NCBI GenBank assembly: GCA_013265495.1
Contig: MU057936.1
Location: 62,001-126,000 of the forward strand
DNA from: Vicugna vicugna
Lineage: Eukaryota
Reading direction: 5' to 3'
DNA: 64,000 nucleotides
Shown one piece after another: positions 52,753-64,000 of the stretch. Position numbers and translations under genes: made by a program. Positions within the stretch are counted from its first letter, which is position 1. Each line of letters opens with the position of its first letter. A model generated the notes under the pieces. The model was not told where the DNA came from, searched no databases, and worked only from the letters and a program-made list of their open reading frames with translations.

Positions 52753-54249
52753 GCCTGGACTGCACTTCCCCGTGGTCACGGGGTGACTTCCGAGGCCTCC
52801 CTGCCTGGCATGCATACGGCAATACTGCCCTTGCAAAAAAAAAAAGTTCACTCAAGTTTTTCTTCTTTCATTGTTACCATTTCTTCCAATAAAGTTATTG
52901 GTTCTTAAATAAATAAAGGTCTCTGGTTGATTCACGTGTGCACACCTCTCACTTTGTAAGTTTAAAACAGGTATCCAGGAGTCTCTCCAGCACCCATGCC
53001 CCATCCACATGCAGCTCAGGGTCTCCACAGATGGACGGAGAAGGTACTGCCTGGGACCATGGAAAATACAAAAGCAGTATTCCCCTAATGAACAAGGAGT
53101 GAGTGGGTGGGGGAGGGGTCATCTGCGGTCCTAGTCTACGTGACACCTGTGTGTGGTAATATTATACTTAAACACAGTATGGAATTTATAATACTGGTGA
53201 ACTCTTAAGGAGAAGTGAAGAGTGACATTGGACAGGCAGCAAAATAAAGGGTGTCTTCAACTTGACCTGAAAACGTTTAGCTCATTAAGAAATGTTAGCA
53301 CATGTTGCTTCTGGGCAGCAGCCTGGGGGTCCTAGAAGCAGGTATGCAGAGTCCCTCCTTGACAGTCTCACCCCTGCCAACAGGGATAATGGTAACTGAG
53401 CCTTAGCTGACGTTCCCATAGATGCAGGAGTGACTTCCCGGGTCACCCTGCCAGTTATGCATATTGCCCTTACAAAACATCCAAAGATGTGTATTTTTCC
53501 TTCCATTGTACCCTTTCTTCCACTAAACGAAAAGAATACCACAAAAACCTCAAACTACCTCATCAGAAGGGCTGAAAAATTAAAGGTCATGGCAAAGGTC
53601 AAATTTGTGCTATTGAATATAAAGTAGAATAAATCTCCCTGAATGTAAAACCCAGGATTCTCATTGCTTTGAAGAATGTCAGGGGACAGGGAGAGTCGAG
53701 GCTGGGAGACAAGTTAGGAGATACTGGAGCACGTCCAGAGACACAATGGTGGCTTCACCTGTGGTGGCTATAGATGTATGTATGTATATATATATAAATG
53801 AAAGACCTGAGACAAACTCAGAGAGAGGAAAGGTCCTCAAAGCAGGCAGAGAACGACGTATTGAACAAACAACAAGTTTGGCAAAGAAGAGTAAAAGGAC
53901 AATTGAAGTTTCCGGAGACTAAACTCCAAGGCCATGATTCTCACTTTTAAGAAAATGTTGAAGTGTAGTCTTGGGGAAATATGGAAGGAAATTACTGCTT
54001 AGCTAAACTTGTTCGTATTTTACTTCATACTTTAAAGCAATATGGTAGCTAGTATGTATATATGTGTCTGTGTGTGTGTACAGATATATATATACACACA
54101 CACACACATACACACAATACATATCTTTCTCGCAGATACGAGACACACAAGGTAAGCATGTACTGATGAGCATTTGAAACAGTCCGTTGACTGACGATCC
54201 TTCTTCCTTTCCTGCTTTGGAGAACCAGTTTTTTGTTCGAGTCTCTCAA

Positions 54250-54455
54250 CTTCAGTTTGCCTGGGTTCACATACCAGTCTAGCCACACATCTTGGGTAAA
54301 CCTGGGTAAGGAATTTAATTTCTCTGTGCCTCAGTTTCCTCACGTTTAAAATAAGGATAAAAGCGTCAACTCCACTGGGTCACTGTGCCGATTAAAGGAG
54401 TTAATGTACGTAAATCTCTAAGGAGAGTGCCTGGCACAGTGGCAGCACCTTGCGT
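54250..54455 (+). mobile_element. MIR SINE
   Basis: ctgggttcacatacc...tctctgtgcctcagtttcctca...agtgcctggcaca. Confidence 0.85.
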
Positions 54456-54939
54456 GTTCGCCATGTTTCTGGTTTTCATCACCACCATCAACATCGCCAT
54501 CTTCATAATCATCCTCCAGTTCCTTCTAAGCTCCTTCTTGTAGTTAATGCTTTGGGGAAAAGATTGCATATCTATCCTTTGCCATTGGACGTCTGTCTTC
54601 CATTTTAGCCAACCCAGGCACCTTGCATACTGAGAAGGAAACAAAAAGTCCTCTGTAGCTTCTTTGGTTGTCATGTGCAGCCAGGACTCAAGGAAGGAAG
54701 ATTTCTCTGTTGCCTGGAACTGAGATTTACTGGGACAACTTTCCATCTTGAAATACTTCTCTTTCTTCAGAGATGGACAAAAGCAAGAGGATAAAGGGCT
54801 CACTTTGATTCCCACTGTATATATGGATTTTGTCCTGAGGAAGTATGGAATGCGGCGAGAAATACACAAATGGGACACCGTAATAGGGCTACTGATAATA
54901 TAAAAATTTAAATGTATAAAATACCATATGCACTTCAGC

Positions 54940-55400
54940 ACAAAGTTTCTTAGGCTTTTCTGCTGCTAGGGTCACCTCTGGAGCTTTAAAACATCTTGAC
55001 GTGTAGGCCAAATCCAAACCCAAGTGCATCAGAGTCCCTTGGGGCAGGACCCAGATATTTCAGACCCTGAAAGCGAGTGTGAGCTCTCACAACTCCAAGT
55101 GTAGTCTATGGATCAGAAGCATCAGTCACACCTGGGCACTTGTTAGAAATGCAAAATCTGAAGCCCCACTCCAGACCTACTGAATCAGAGTCTGCATTTT
55201 AACAAAGATTCCCGGTGATGAATAGGCACAATGAAGTCTGAAAAGCTTGCCTTCTCACCCTGTTTCTCAAACATGGCTAACTGTGGAGTCACCCGGGGAG
55301 ATGGAAAAATGATACCGATGCCTCGATTTACACAACTCACTCAATCAGAACATCATGCAAGTACTGGACCAGTCACACTAAAAATTTACTCTAACGTCAG
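54940..55400. mobile_element. Cluster of MER5-type hAT-Charlie fossils
   Basis: cacctgggcacttgttagaaatgcaaaatctgaagccccactccagacctactgaatcaga at ~55085-55247, plus two weaker flanking copies. Confidence 0.7.
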
Positions 55401-56714
55401 CAACAATTATTCAATTAACAATTACTGATCACATACATACACACACACGCACACACAGGCTTTTATTGATTCTATTTTACCACCAGATGGTTTGTTCTAG
55501 AGCATGAGTTGTCAAACTAGCGCCGACAGCCCAAATCCAGATCTTTGTATCTATATTCGTAAGGGCTATTGGTCTGTAGTATTCTTGCGACGCCATTTTC
55601 TGCATCTGCTATGCTAACACTGACCTGGTACAATGTGTTGAAAAACAGTCCCTCTTTTATTTTTATGAGGCATTTGCAGAGAACAGGTATTGATTCTTCT
55701 TTAAATATTTGGTAGAGTTCACCAGTGAAATCATTTGGGCCTGGGCTTTTGGTTGTGGGAAGTTTCAAAATTCCTAGTTTAATGATTTTACTTACTATAG
55801 GCCTGTTCACATATTCTAGTTCTTCTAGAGTCATTTTCTCTAATTTGTGTCTTCCTAGGAATTTCTCCATTTCAGCCAGGCGGCAAGTCTAGCTCTGGTG
55901 CATAGAATTACCTCATAATTCGTTTTACTTCTATGAACTCCTAATTTTATTATTTTGTCTCCTTTTATTCCTTCTTGATCAATCTGGGAAGAGGTTTTTG
56001 TTTGAGTTTTTAAAGAACCTCCTTGAATTTTGTTCATTTTTTCTACTGTTTTTCTGTCCTTTATTGCTTTTATTTCTGCTTTAATCTTTATTTCCTTACT
56101 TCTGCTTCCTTAGGGTTCAGTTGGCTCTCAACTTTTTATTGTTTTTAAAATTGGAATGTGACATTATTTGTCATCATCTTTCTTTAACATAAGCATTTAC
56201 AGCTATGTATTTTTTTCTATCCACCATATCTGCTGTATCCCATAATTTTTAGTATGTTGTAATTTCCCCCGTGATCTCTTCTGTAACCCCCTGGTTATTT
56301 ACAAGTATGGTGTTTAATTTCCACATATTTTTGAATTTCCCCAATCATCTTCCCATACTGATGAGAAATTTTGATCCATTTAGGTCAAAAGCATTCTTTG
56401 CATGATTTCAATGCTTTTAAATTTTTTGAGTCTTGTCCTAGGATATACTGTATCTTGGAGAATATTTCATGAGCGCTTGGGAAGAAGGAGCATTCAGCTG
56501 TTGATGGGTGCACTCTTCTCGACAGAGTTTTGATAGGTCTGGTTGGTTCACAGTTTTCCCGAAGTCTTCCCCTTCTTTGTTGCTTTTCTTCCTACTTATT
56601 CTATCCACCAGGGAAAGTGGGACTACAAGACTCTAACCATTATTTGTGACTTATCTATTTCATTTTTCAACTATGACAGTTTTTGTTTCGTGCATTTGAC
56701 ACTTTTGTTATGTG

Positions 56715-57501
56715 NNNNNNNNNNNNNNNNNNNNNNNNNNNNNNNNNNNNNNNNNNNNNNNNNNNNNNNNNNNNNNNNNNNNNNNNNNNNNNNNNNNNNN
56801 NNNNNNNNNNNNNNNNNNNNNNNNNNNNNNNNNNNNNNNNNNNNNNNNNNNNNNNNNNNNNNNNNNNNNNNNNNNNNNNNNNNNNNNNNNNNNNNNNNNN
56901 NNNNNNNNNNNNNNNNNNNNNNNNNNNNNNNNNNNNNNNNNNNNNNNNNNNNNNNNNNNNNNNNNNNNNNNNNNNNNNNNNNNNNNNNNNNNNNNNNNNN
57001 NNNNNNNNNNNNNNNNNNNNNNNNNNNNNNNNNNNNNNNNNNNNNNNNNNNNNNNNNNNNNNNNNNNNNNNNNNNNNNNNNNNNNNNNNNNNNNNNNNNN
57101 NNNNNNNNNNNNNNNNNNNNNNNNNNNNNNNNNNNNNNNNNNNNNNNNNNNNNNNNNNNNNNNNNNNNNNNNNNNNNNNNNNNNNNNNNNNNNNNNNNNN
57201 NNNNNNNNNNNNNNNNNNNNNNNNNNNNNNNNNNNNNNNNNNNNNNNNNNNNNNNNNNNNNNNNNNNNNNNNNNNNNNNNNNNNNNNNNNNNNNNNNNNN
57301 NNNNNNNNNNNNNNNNNNNNNNNNNNNNNNNNNNNNNNNNNNNNNNNNNNNNNNNNNNNNNNNNNNNNNNNNNNNNNNNNNNNNNNNNNNNNNNNNNNNN
57401 NNNNNNNNNNNNNNNNNNNNNNNNNNNNNNNNNNNNNNNNNNNNNNNNNNNNNNNNNNNNNNNNNNNNNNNNNNNNNNNNNNNNNNNNNNNNNNNNNNNN
57501 N
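56715..57501. other. Assembly gap (787 N)
   Basis: Run of N. Confidence 1.
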
Positions 57502-57698
57502 AGTTTTTCCTGAAAAGTGGACATTTTATATACTGTGTTGTCACATCTTCAGATTTTGCCTGGATTTCTTCTGTAGAGGCTGTCTCACGTGTAATGTGTG
57601 ACTGCTGTCATTTGCTCATTTCTGTATTTCTATTTTTATTTTTAAACTTGACCATATAGAGGTCACCCAGGGGTCAGCATAGTTTGGTAGTCAGCCTT

Positions 57699-58067
57699 TG
57701 CTTGATCAGCTGGGGCTGTGATAACAAAATACCATCGACTGGGTGGTTGAACTAGCCCCTTTTCTGGAGTTCTCACAGATCTGGACGCTGGGAGGTCCAT
57801 GATCAAGGTGCTGGCAAGGTTTCATTCTCAGCCTCTTCTCTTGGCTCATCAATGCCAGCCTTCTTGCTGTGTCCTCACATGGTAGGGGGTGAGAGCAACG
57901 CTCTGGTGTTTATTCTTCTAGGGCACTGAACATATGTGGTCAGGGCCCCACCCTTATGAAGCCATTTAACCTATCTGCATAATATTTTGTCTCCAAATAT
58001 AGTCACATTGTGAGTTTGGGCTTCAACATATAAGTTTTGAGGGGACACAAACTTTCAGTCCATAACA
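57699..58067 (-). mobile_element. MLT1-type MaLR solo LTR
   Basis: ggggctgtgataacaaaatacc...gatcaaggtgctggca...ggggacacaaactttcagtccataaca. Confidence 0.85.
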
Positions 58068-58959
58068 CAACCTGAGCCAATAAGGTTTCAGCCTTTCCTG
58101 ATGGATCTACCTCGTGTTTGGGGAATGCACTCAGAGCTCAGCAAGTTTACACGTCTGCCATGGCTTTTACTTACTGGATATGCAAGGCCTCGTGTTCAGC
58201 CAGTGACACGTAGCAGGCCTGGACTTTGTCTGGTCTTCCCTGAGTGCATACAGTCTTCTGGAATGGGTATGTTGCATGGGCACTTACTAAAGTGTAGGAC
58301 ATTTCCCTTGTTGCTAGATGTCTCTGTTAAGCTTATGGCTGATTTTCTATCTGTAGTTCACACCAAGCCACCCTGCAACCCCAGGTGTTAGCCATGATGT
58401 AGGCCTTCCCCAAGTGTATGCACAGAGATAGCTACTGTTTTCTGTAACATCCTTCAGCGTAGATTTTCCCAGAGTTAATCAAATCAACCCTCTCCATCAT
58501 CTTGGCCATTGGGCCTCATGGTGGCTTCACCTTAGTGGAACTCCTGTACCACAGAGCTGGGACGGGAGGGAGAACAGTAGAAGCTCAGCCTACATATGCC
58601 ACAAATTCCGTGGTTTTTTTGAGTGAAAATTCTTCATTTGCTGTATGCTCTTAACAATGTCCTGAGTACTGAAATGATTGTTTTGACAGTTTTCTCCAGT
58701 TTATCCCTTCTTGCAAGAGAATTGGCTGACTCTCTTTCAGCCATGCTAGAAGTCTGTGCTCTAGAAGTCTGCACTGATGAGATGCAGAAGGGTAGAAACA
58801 GTCATTGTGGGTTGATTGCTGTTACTACATGCAAGTGCCATCTACTGATTCCAGTCTGGATACATAAAAAATACTAGGTGAAAAATCAACATGTTCTATC
58901 ACATGGAATTCACATTTCAATATCAAAGTAAAATTTAAATTTATGGCTATCCTACTGAC

Positions 58960-59466
58960 TATTTTATTTTATTTTATTTTATTTTTTAATTGAGTTATAA
59001 TCAGTTTTCAGTGTTGTGTCAATTTCTAGTTTAGAGCACAATTTTTCAGTTATACATGAACATATATATATTCATTGTCACATTCATTTTTGCTGTGAGT
59101 TACCACAAGATCTTGTATATATTTCACTGTTCTATACAGTATAATCTTGTTTATCTATTCTACATATGCCTACTAGTGTCTACAAATTTTGAACTCCTAG
59201 TCTGTCCCTTCCCACTCCCCTCCCCCTGGCAACCACAAGTTTGCATTTGATGTCTATGAGTCTATTTCTGTTTTGTATTATGTTTTTTTTTTTTTAGATT
59301 CCACATATAAGCGATCTCATATGGTATATTTCTTTCTCTTTCTGGCTTATTTCACTTAGAATGACATTCTCCAGGGACATCCATGTTGCTGCAAATGGCA
59401 TTATGTTGTCAGTTTTTATGGCTGAATAGTATTTCATTGTACAAAAATACCACATCTTCTTTATCC
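58960..59466 (-). mobile_element. Young L1 3' end fragment
   Basis: (TTTTA)n tail, 3'UTR and WIKKMWY...MRSLICGI, nearly identical to the ORF2 end at 41077. Confidence 0.92.
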
Positions 59467-61699
59467 ACTTTCTATTCTTCATTTACTTCAAAATACCCTT
59501 TGGGAAACAGATGCTTTAACAAAATCCTTTGGAAAATAGAGACTAAAAAATCATGAAATGTCTGCAGTATACCTTTTCCAATCTTAGAAATTTATGAGAT
59601 TAAGAAATTTAATAAACCCTTTATATTAACAGGGGTTAAATTCTAGTGGCATTGCATTTATGCCTCCTAACTAGGAAGACTGTTCGGAATCATGTAATTG
59701 AATTATAGCTTAAATTTACTGTATAGACAAATAAAAGGAATTCCGCATAAGTGTATATATGGGTATTGACTTCTTATACACAGGATATCTTGGATGTGCA
59801 TCTTGATTCTGTGCAGCATCTCTATAGAACATGCAGAAGAACTTCCTTTTTTTGAAGCAGAATGTAATGGAATTAGATATGTATCACTTAAGTACTTTTA
59901 GAACAAAATTATTCATTCTTCCTTGATATGGATGTGGCCATGTGCACCTCAGCTCCCCAGTGTTGTTTTGTTACCTTTTCCTTTCATACAGCTAAGGGTC
60001 TCTGGGCATCTATAAGGTCAATTAGAGTTTTATTTCTTTTGAGGGAGGGGGACAAAGACTGACGGTCCAGAGGCCGGACTTTGGTTTGGCTGCTGCTGTC
60101 TGACAGCAGAACGCCTGGTGCTCTTCCTGCAGTAACGAGTCTGAGTGCTGCTATCAGCATTATGCTATATTTAAACCCCCATGGTTGGCAGGAATGTGCT
60201 AATGTCTGGAGATAACATAGTTAATCATGTCACTGTCCCTGCCCAGGGCAACTGCTACTGAAAGGACATCCTCACATGAGGAGGAGAACAGCAGATGGGG
60301 TGGTTCAGAGCCGAGCGTTTCGTCACTGAGCCAGGGAAGAGGTGTAGGATGTTGGCTCTGTTTTCTAAAGAGCGTCTAGCAGATTTCATCTTGCATAGTA
60401 ACTTTCTACCCTTTTTTTAATTACAATTTTATACTTATTATAATAGCTCTTTTTAGTTTTCCTCATAGGGGAAAAAACCCAAACCAGTATTAAAATGCTA
60501 CCCAAACGTTAATGTACTTCTTGAAGATATAAGTCAGGGAAATATTGAACATAAATGCCAAGGAGCCTGCACATTGGAAGAATCAAGAGAAGTTAAAATA
60601 ATTTTAAAAACTGTATTTATAATGGCAATTTAAAAAAAATGTTAAATTTGCCTACCTTTGTGATGTGTATTTGAAATCTGCACTCCCAAATTGTATTCGT
60701 TGCTGTCAGTTAAAAACTACCCTCTCCAAGAACTCTTGAACATGGCCTGTGACTAAAATGCCGCGAGGGTCAGGGAGTGAGGTCCACTTCCCTGCGTGCT
60801 GCTCCGTCTCTGAGGGCCCCGTTTCCATAGGACCCGCCGAGCTGAGACTGGTCATCCTGGCCAGGGGGTGGCAGTTGTTTCCCGTGAGGCTTTGTTCAGA
60901 AAGTTCTAGATCCCATCTTCACCTTGTCCTGCGGGATGAGAGAGAAAGTGCAGGAGAAACTGATAGATCCTGATGCTGTTTTAAAACATTTTGCTTCTGC
61001 TACAAAAGCAAAGGCTTATGTGAACTCCCTGCCCGCTCTGAGAAGACTCCTTCACCTCTCTTTCCTCTGAACTGCGTGCTGTTCAAGGAGAACGGGGAGG
61101 AGACGGCACCAGGCAGGGGTGTGCCATCTCCGGAACCGCTTCACACTTGGCAGTGACGTTACCAGAGGCAGCCATTCTGTGAAGATCCGTCCATTCCTGT
61201 GCCCCAGCCAGGAAAGTAGCACTGCATGGAGATGAGTGATGTCAGATGTGCCAGAGACAATCATATACTTCTTGTGTGTCCCTCTCATACTGCTTCAGGT
61301 GCTTTTGTGTGAGATTGGGGTCAATGTTTGTCTGTATGTATGTATCATAACACAACTGGCTTCGTCTTAAAGTAGCCATATTCCTAGATCAATCATGAGC
61401 TATTAAATCCTCTAAATAAAGGGCCATTTGTAATTGTAACCTAAATGATATTTTAGAACCTTCACTACCTATACCCAATATCACAGAATATTTGGAGTAT
61501 AATATGGCTCATAGTTTTAAAACACAAACAAAATCTGGCTCTTCGTCTTGTGTTTTTTCCTAGGACTATAAATTGTAGATATTCTACAGTTTTCAAAAAG
61601 CTAATGACTTTTCTTCCTACTTTATCATTCCTCATTAAGGGAAGGTAAATCCTTGTTTGAAATCTTGTGGGCTGAAAATATTTGATACCAGTGAACAAC

Positions 61700-62085
61700 A
61701 TTATTTTTCATTTAAGAAACATAAATAATTTAAAACTTACAGAAAAGTTGTAAGAATAGTGCAAAAAGTGTCCTTTACCTATATGTGCCAACTGCATTTT
61801 GCCACATTCATTTTATTTCCTCTCCCACAATAGAAACACACACACACACACAGTTTCTGTCATTTGAAAGTAACTTGCACACATTGTTCTCCCTACTCCT
61901 GACTACTTCATCATGTATTTGCGAAAATTTTTTTTTTAGTTTACTTACCCACTATGAAAGATCAGAATCAGGAGATATAACATTGATAAGTATTCTCTAA
62001 TATCCCTATTTGAACTTAAGAATTATTCTAATAATACCCTTTAGAGCATTTTTGATTCTGCTCCAAGATCCAGTTCAAGCATCAG
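61700..62085 (-). mobile_element. Ancient L1 3' end (L1MC-like)
   Basis: taatttaaaacttacagaaaagttgtaagaatagt...aatcaggagatataacattgata. Confidence 0.6.
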
Positions 62086-62569
62086 CTCTGTCCTGGGAGC
62101 TATCTCAGGGGATATCCATTTGCAGCTTCCAGTGCTGCTTGAATAAGCTACAACCACCAGGGTTCTGAGAGTGGCTCATGGAGAAGAGAAAGAGTCCTTA
62201 GAGGACAGAGGAGGCATTTGGAGTGGGACAGAAGGAAGGGCAACTCGCAGCCAAAGATAGTGTCACCAAAAAAGGAAAGGAAATTAAGCGTGTCTCTCTC
62301 CCAGCAATCTAATCCCTCAAAAATTTAGAAACTTAAAATCCAAGCCTAAACTCATTGGGGGAAACCCAGATAAAACTGAGTACAAGAGGCAGAAACATGG
62401 GCACTAAGAGGAAAACTCAGGCAAACTCTTCTTTGAGAGAGGAGGAAGCATCTTGGTGGAGTTGGATCGTTTTTGCTTGTGCCTTTTTTAAGTGAGGTGT
62501 GGAAGGCGTTGCATTTCCAACAGAGCCACATGGTTCTCGCCTCAAATGATAACAATTACCCAAAATAGC

Positions 62570-63374
<805 letters not shown>

Positions 63375-63439
63375 TCAGGATCCGGCTGTGGCTTCTGGCT
63401 GAGAAGCTCATGTCCACACGACCCTCAGCAGGTACTTGT

Positions 63440-64000
63440 CCCCCTCTCGTATATCTCATGTAAGTGTATGCATAAAATACTTTGGCTTAAGACTCATCCA
63501 ACTTGTGGCATGTATCAGAATTTAATTTCAACTAAGGCTGATGATTATTCCACTACGAAATTATATCTATATCTATCTATATCTGTATCTGTATCTATAT
63601 CTATATCTCACAGTTAGTTAAACCATTCACCTGTCAGTGGACATTTGGGTTGTTTCCATCTTTTGGCTCCTGTGAATCTTGCTGCTTCAAACACTCATGT
63701 ACAAATATCTCTTCAGGTCCCTAATTTTAACTATTTGGGGTGTGTACCCAGAACTGTAATGATTCCATCATATGGCAATTCCATTCGTCATGCTTTGAAG
63801 AACTACTGTATACTGTTTTACATAGCAACTGCACCATTATACTTTCACAACAATGTGCAAAGTTTCCAATTTCTCCACATCTTTGCCTACACTTATTTTC
63901 TACTTTGTTTTTTATTGTAACCATCCTAATGGATGAGAAGTGGTACCTCCTTGCGGTTTCAACTTGCAATTCCCTAATGATTGGTGATGTTCAGTGTTTT
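63440..64000 (-). mobile_element. Old L1 3' region with embedded (TATATC/TGTATC)n microsatellite at ~63562-63609
   Basis: ccattcacctgtcagtggacatttgggttgtttccatcttttggct and remnant MQVETARRYHFSSIRM. Confidence 0.8.

Larger units (their letters stand above)
55540..58760 (-). mobile_element. Old L1 spanning the assembly gap (ORF2 5' part left of the gap, 5'UTR right of it)
   Basis: Remnant LPTTKSPGPNDFTGELYQIFKEE and EN-region sequence up to 56714. L1M 5'UTR-like sequence at 57502-58760 resembles 7720-9290. Confidence 0.65.

Noticed and set aside
52835..52845. A11 run as the poly(A) scar of a fresh FTH1 retrocopy
   Set aside because: It lies upstream of the AATAAA signals, no TSD is evident, and the protein is too diverged from FTH1 to be a recent processed copy.
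54366..54941. 191-aa minus-strand ORF
   Set aside because: No recognisable homology, and its end runs through a (CAT)-rich tract and a MIR.
56543..57659. Long ORFs of 276-352 aa in the ORF track
   Set aside because: Artefacts of translating the N gap.

Overview
This is mammalian genomic DNA, very rich in LINE-1 and AT-rich, with a 787-N gap at 56715-57501. I see no CRISPR array, rRNA or tRNA. I found only ancient MIR SINEs (no Alu, Bov-A/tA, PRE-1 or Can-SINE), and the L1 3' ends and LTRs look cetartiodactyl, which suggests a camelid-like genome. The gene content points to the X short arm. Both of those points are inference. Two protein-coding sequences are recognisable. (1) An intact, intronless 183-aa ferritin heavy-chain-like gene (FTHL17-type, 52201-52752, +). 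It has lost most ferroxidase ligands and has an upstream in-frame ATG that would add an Arg-rich 32-aa leader. (2) Coding exon 1 of TMEM47 (63053-62828, -) in a CpG island with an intact GT donor. I could not find its exons 2 and 3 in the 62 kb downstream. The rest is nested retroelements and DNA-transposon fossils, including a TSD-flanked L1 derivative that keeps 5'UTR+ORF1+3' end but has lost nearly all of ORF2, a young 5'-truncated L1 with about 670 open ORF2 codons, and an unexplained CpG patch with a 22-bp tandem repeat. Repeat family names come from recognition by eye. Boundaries of old repeats are approximate.
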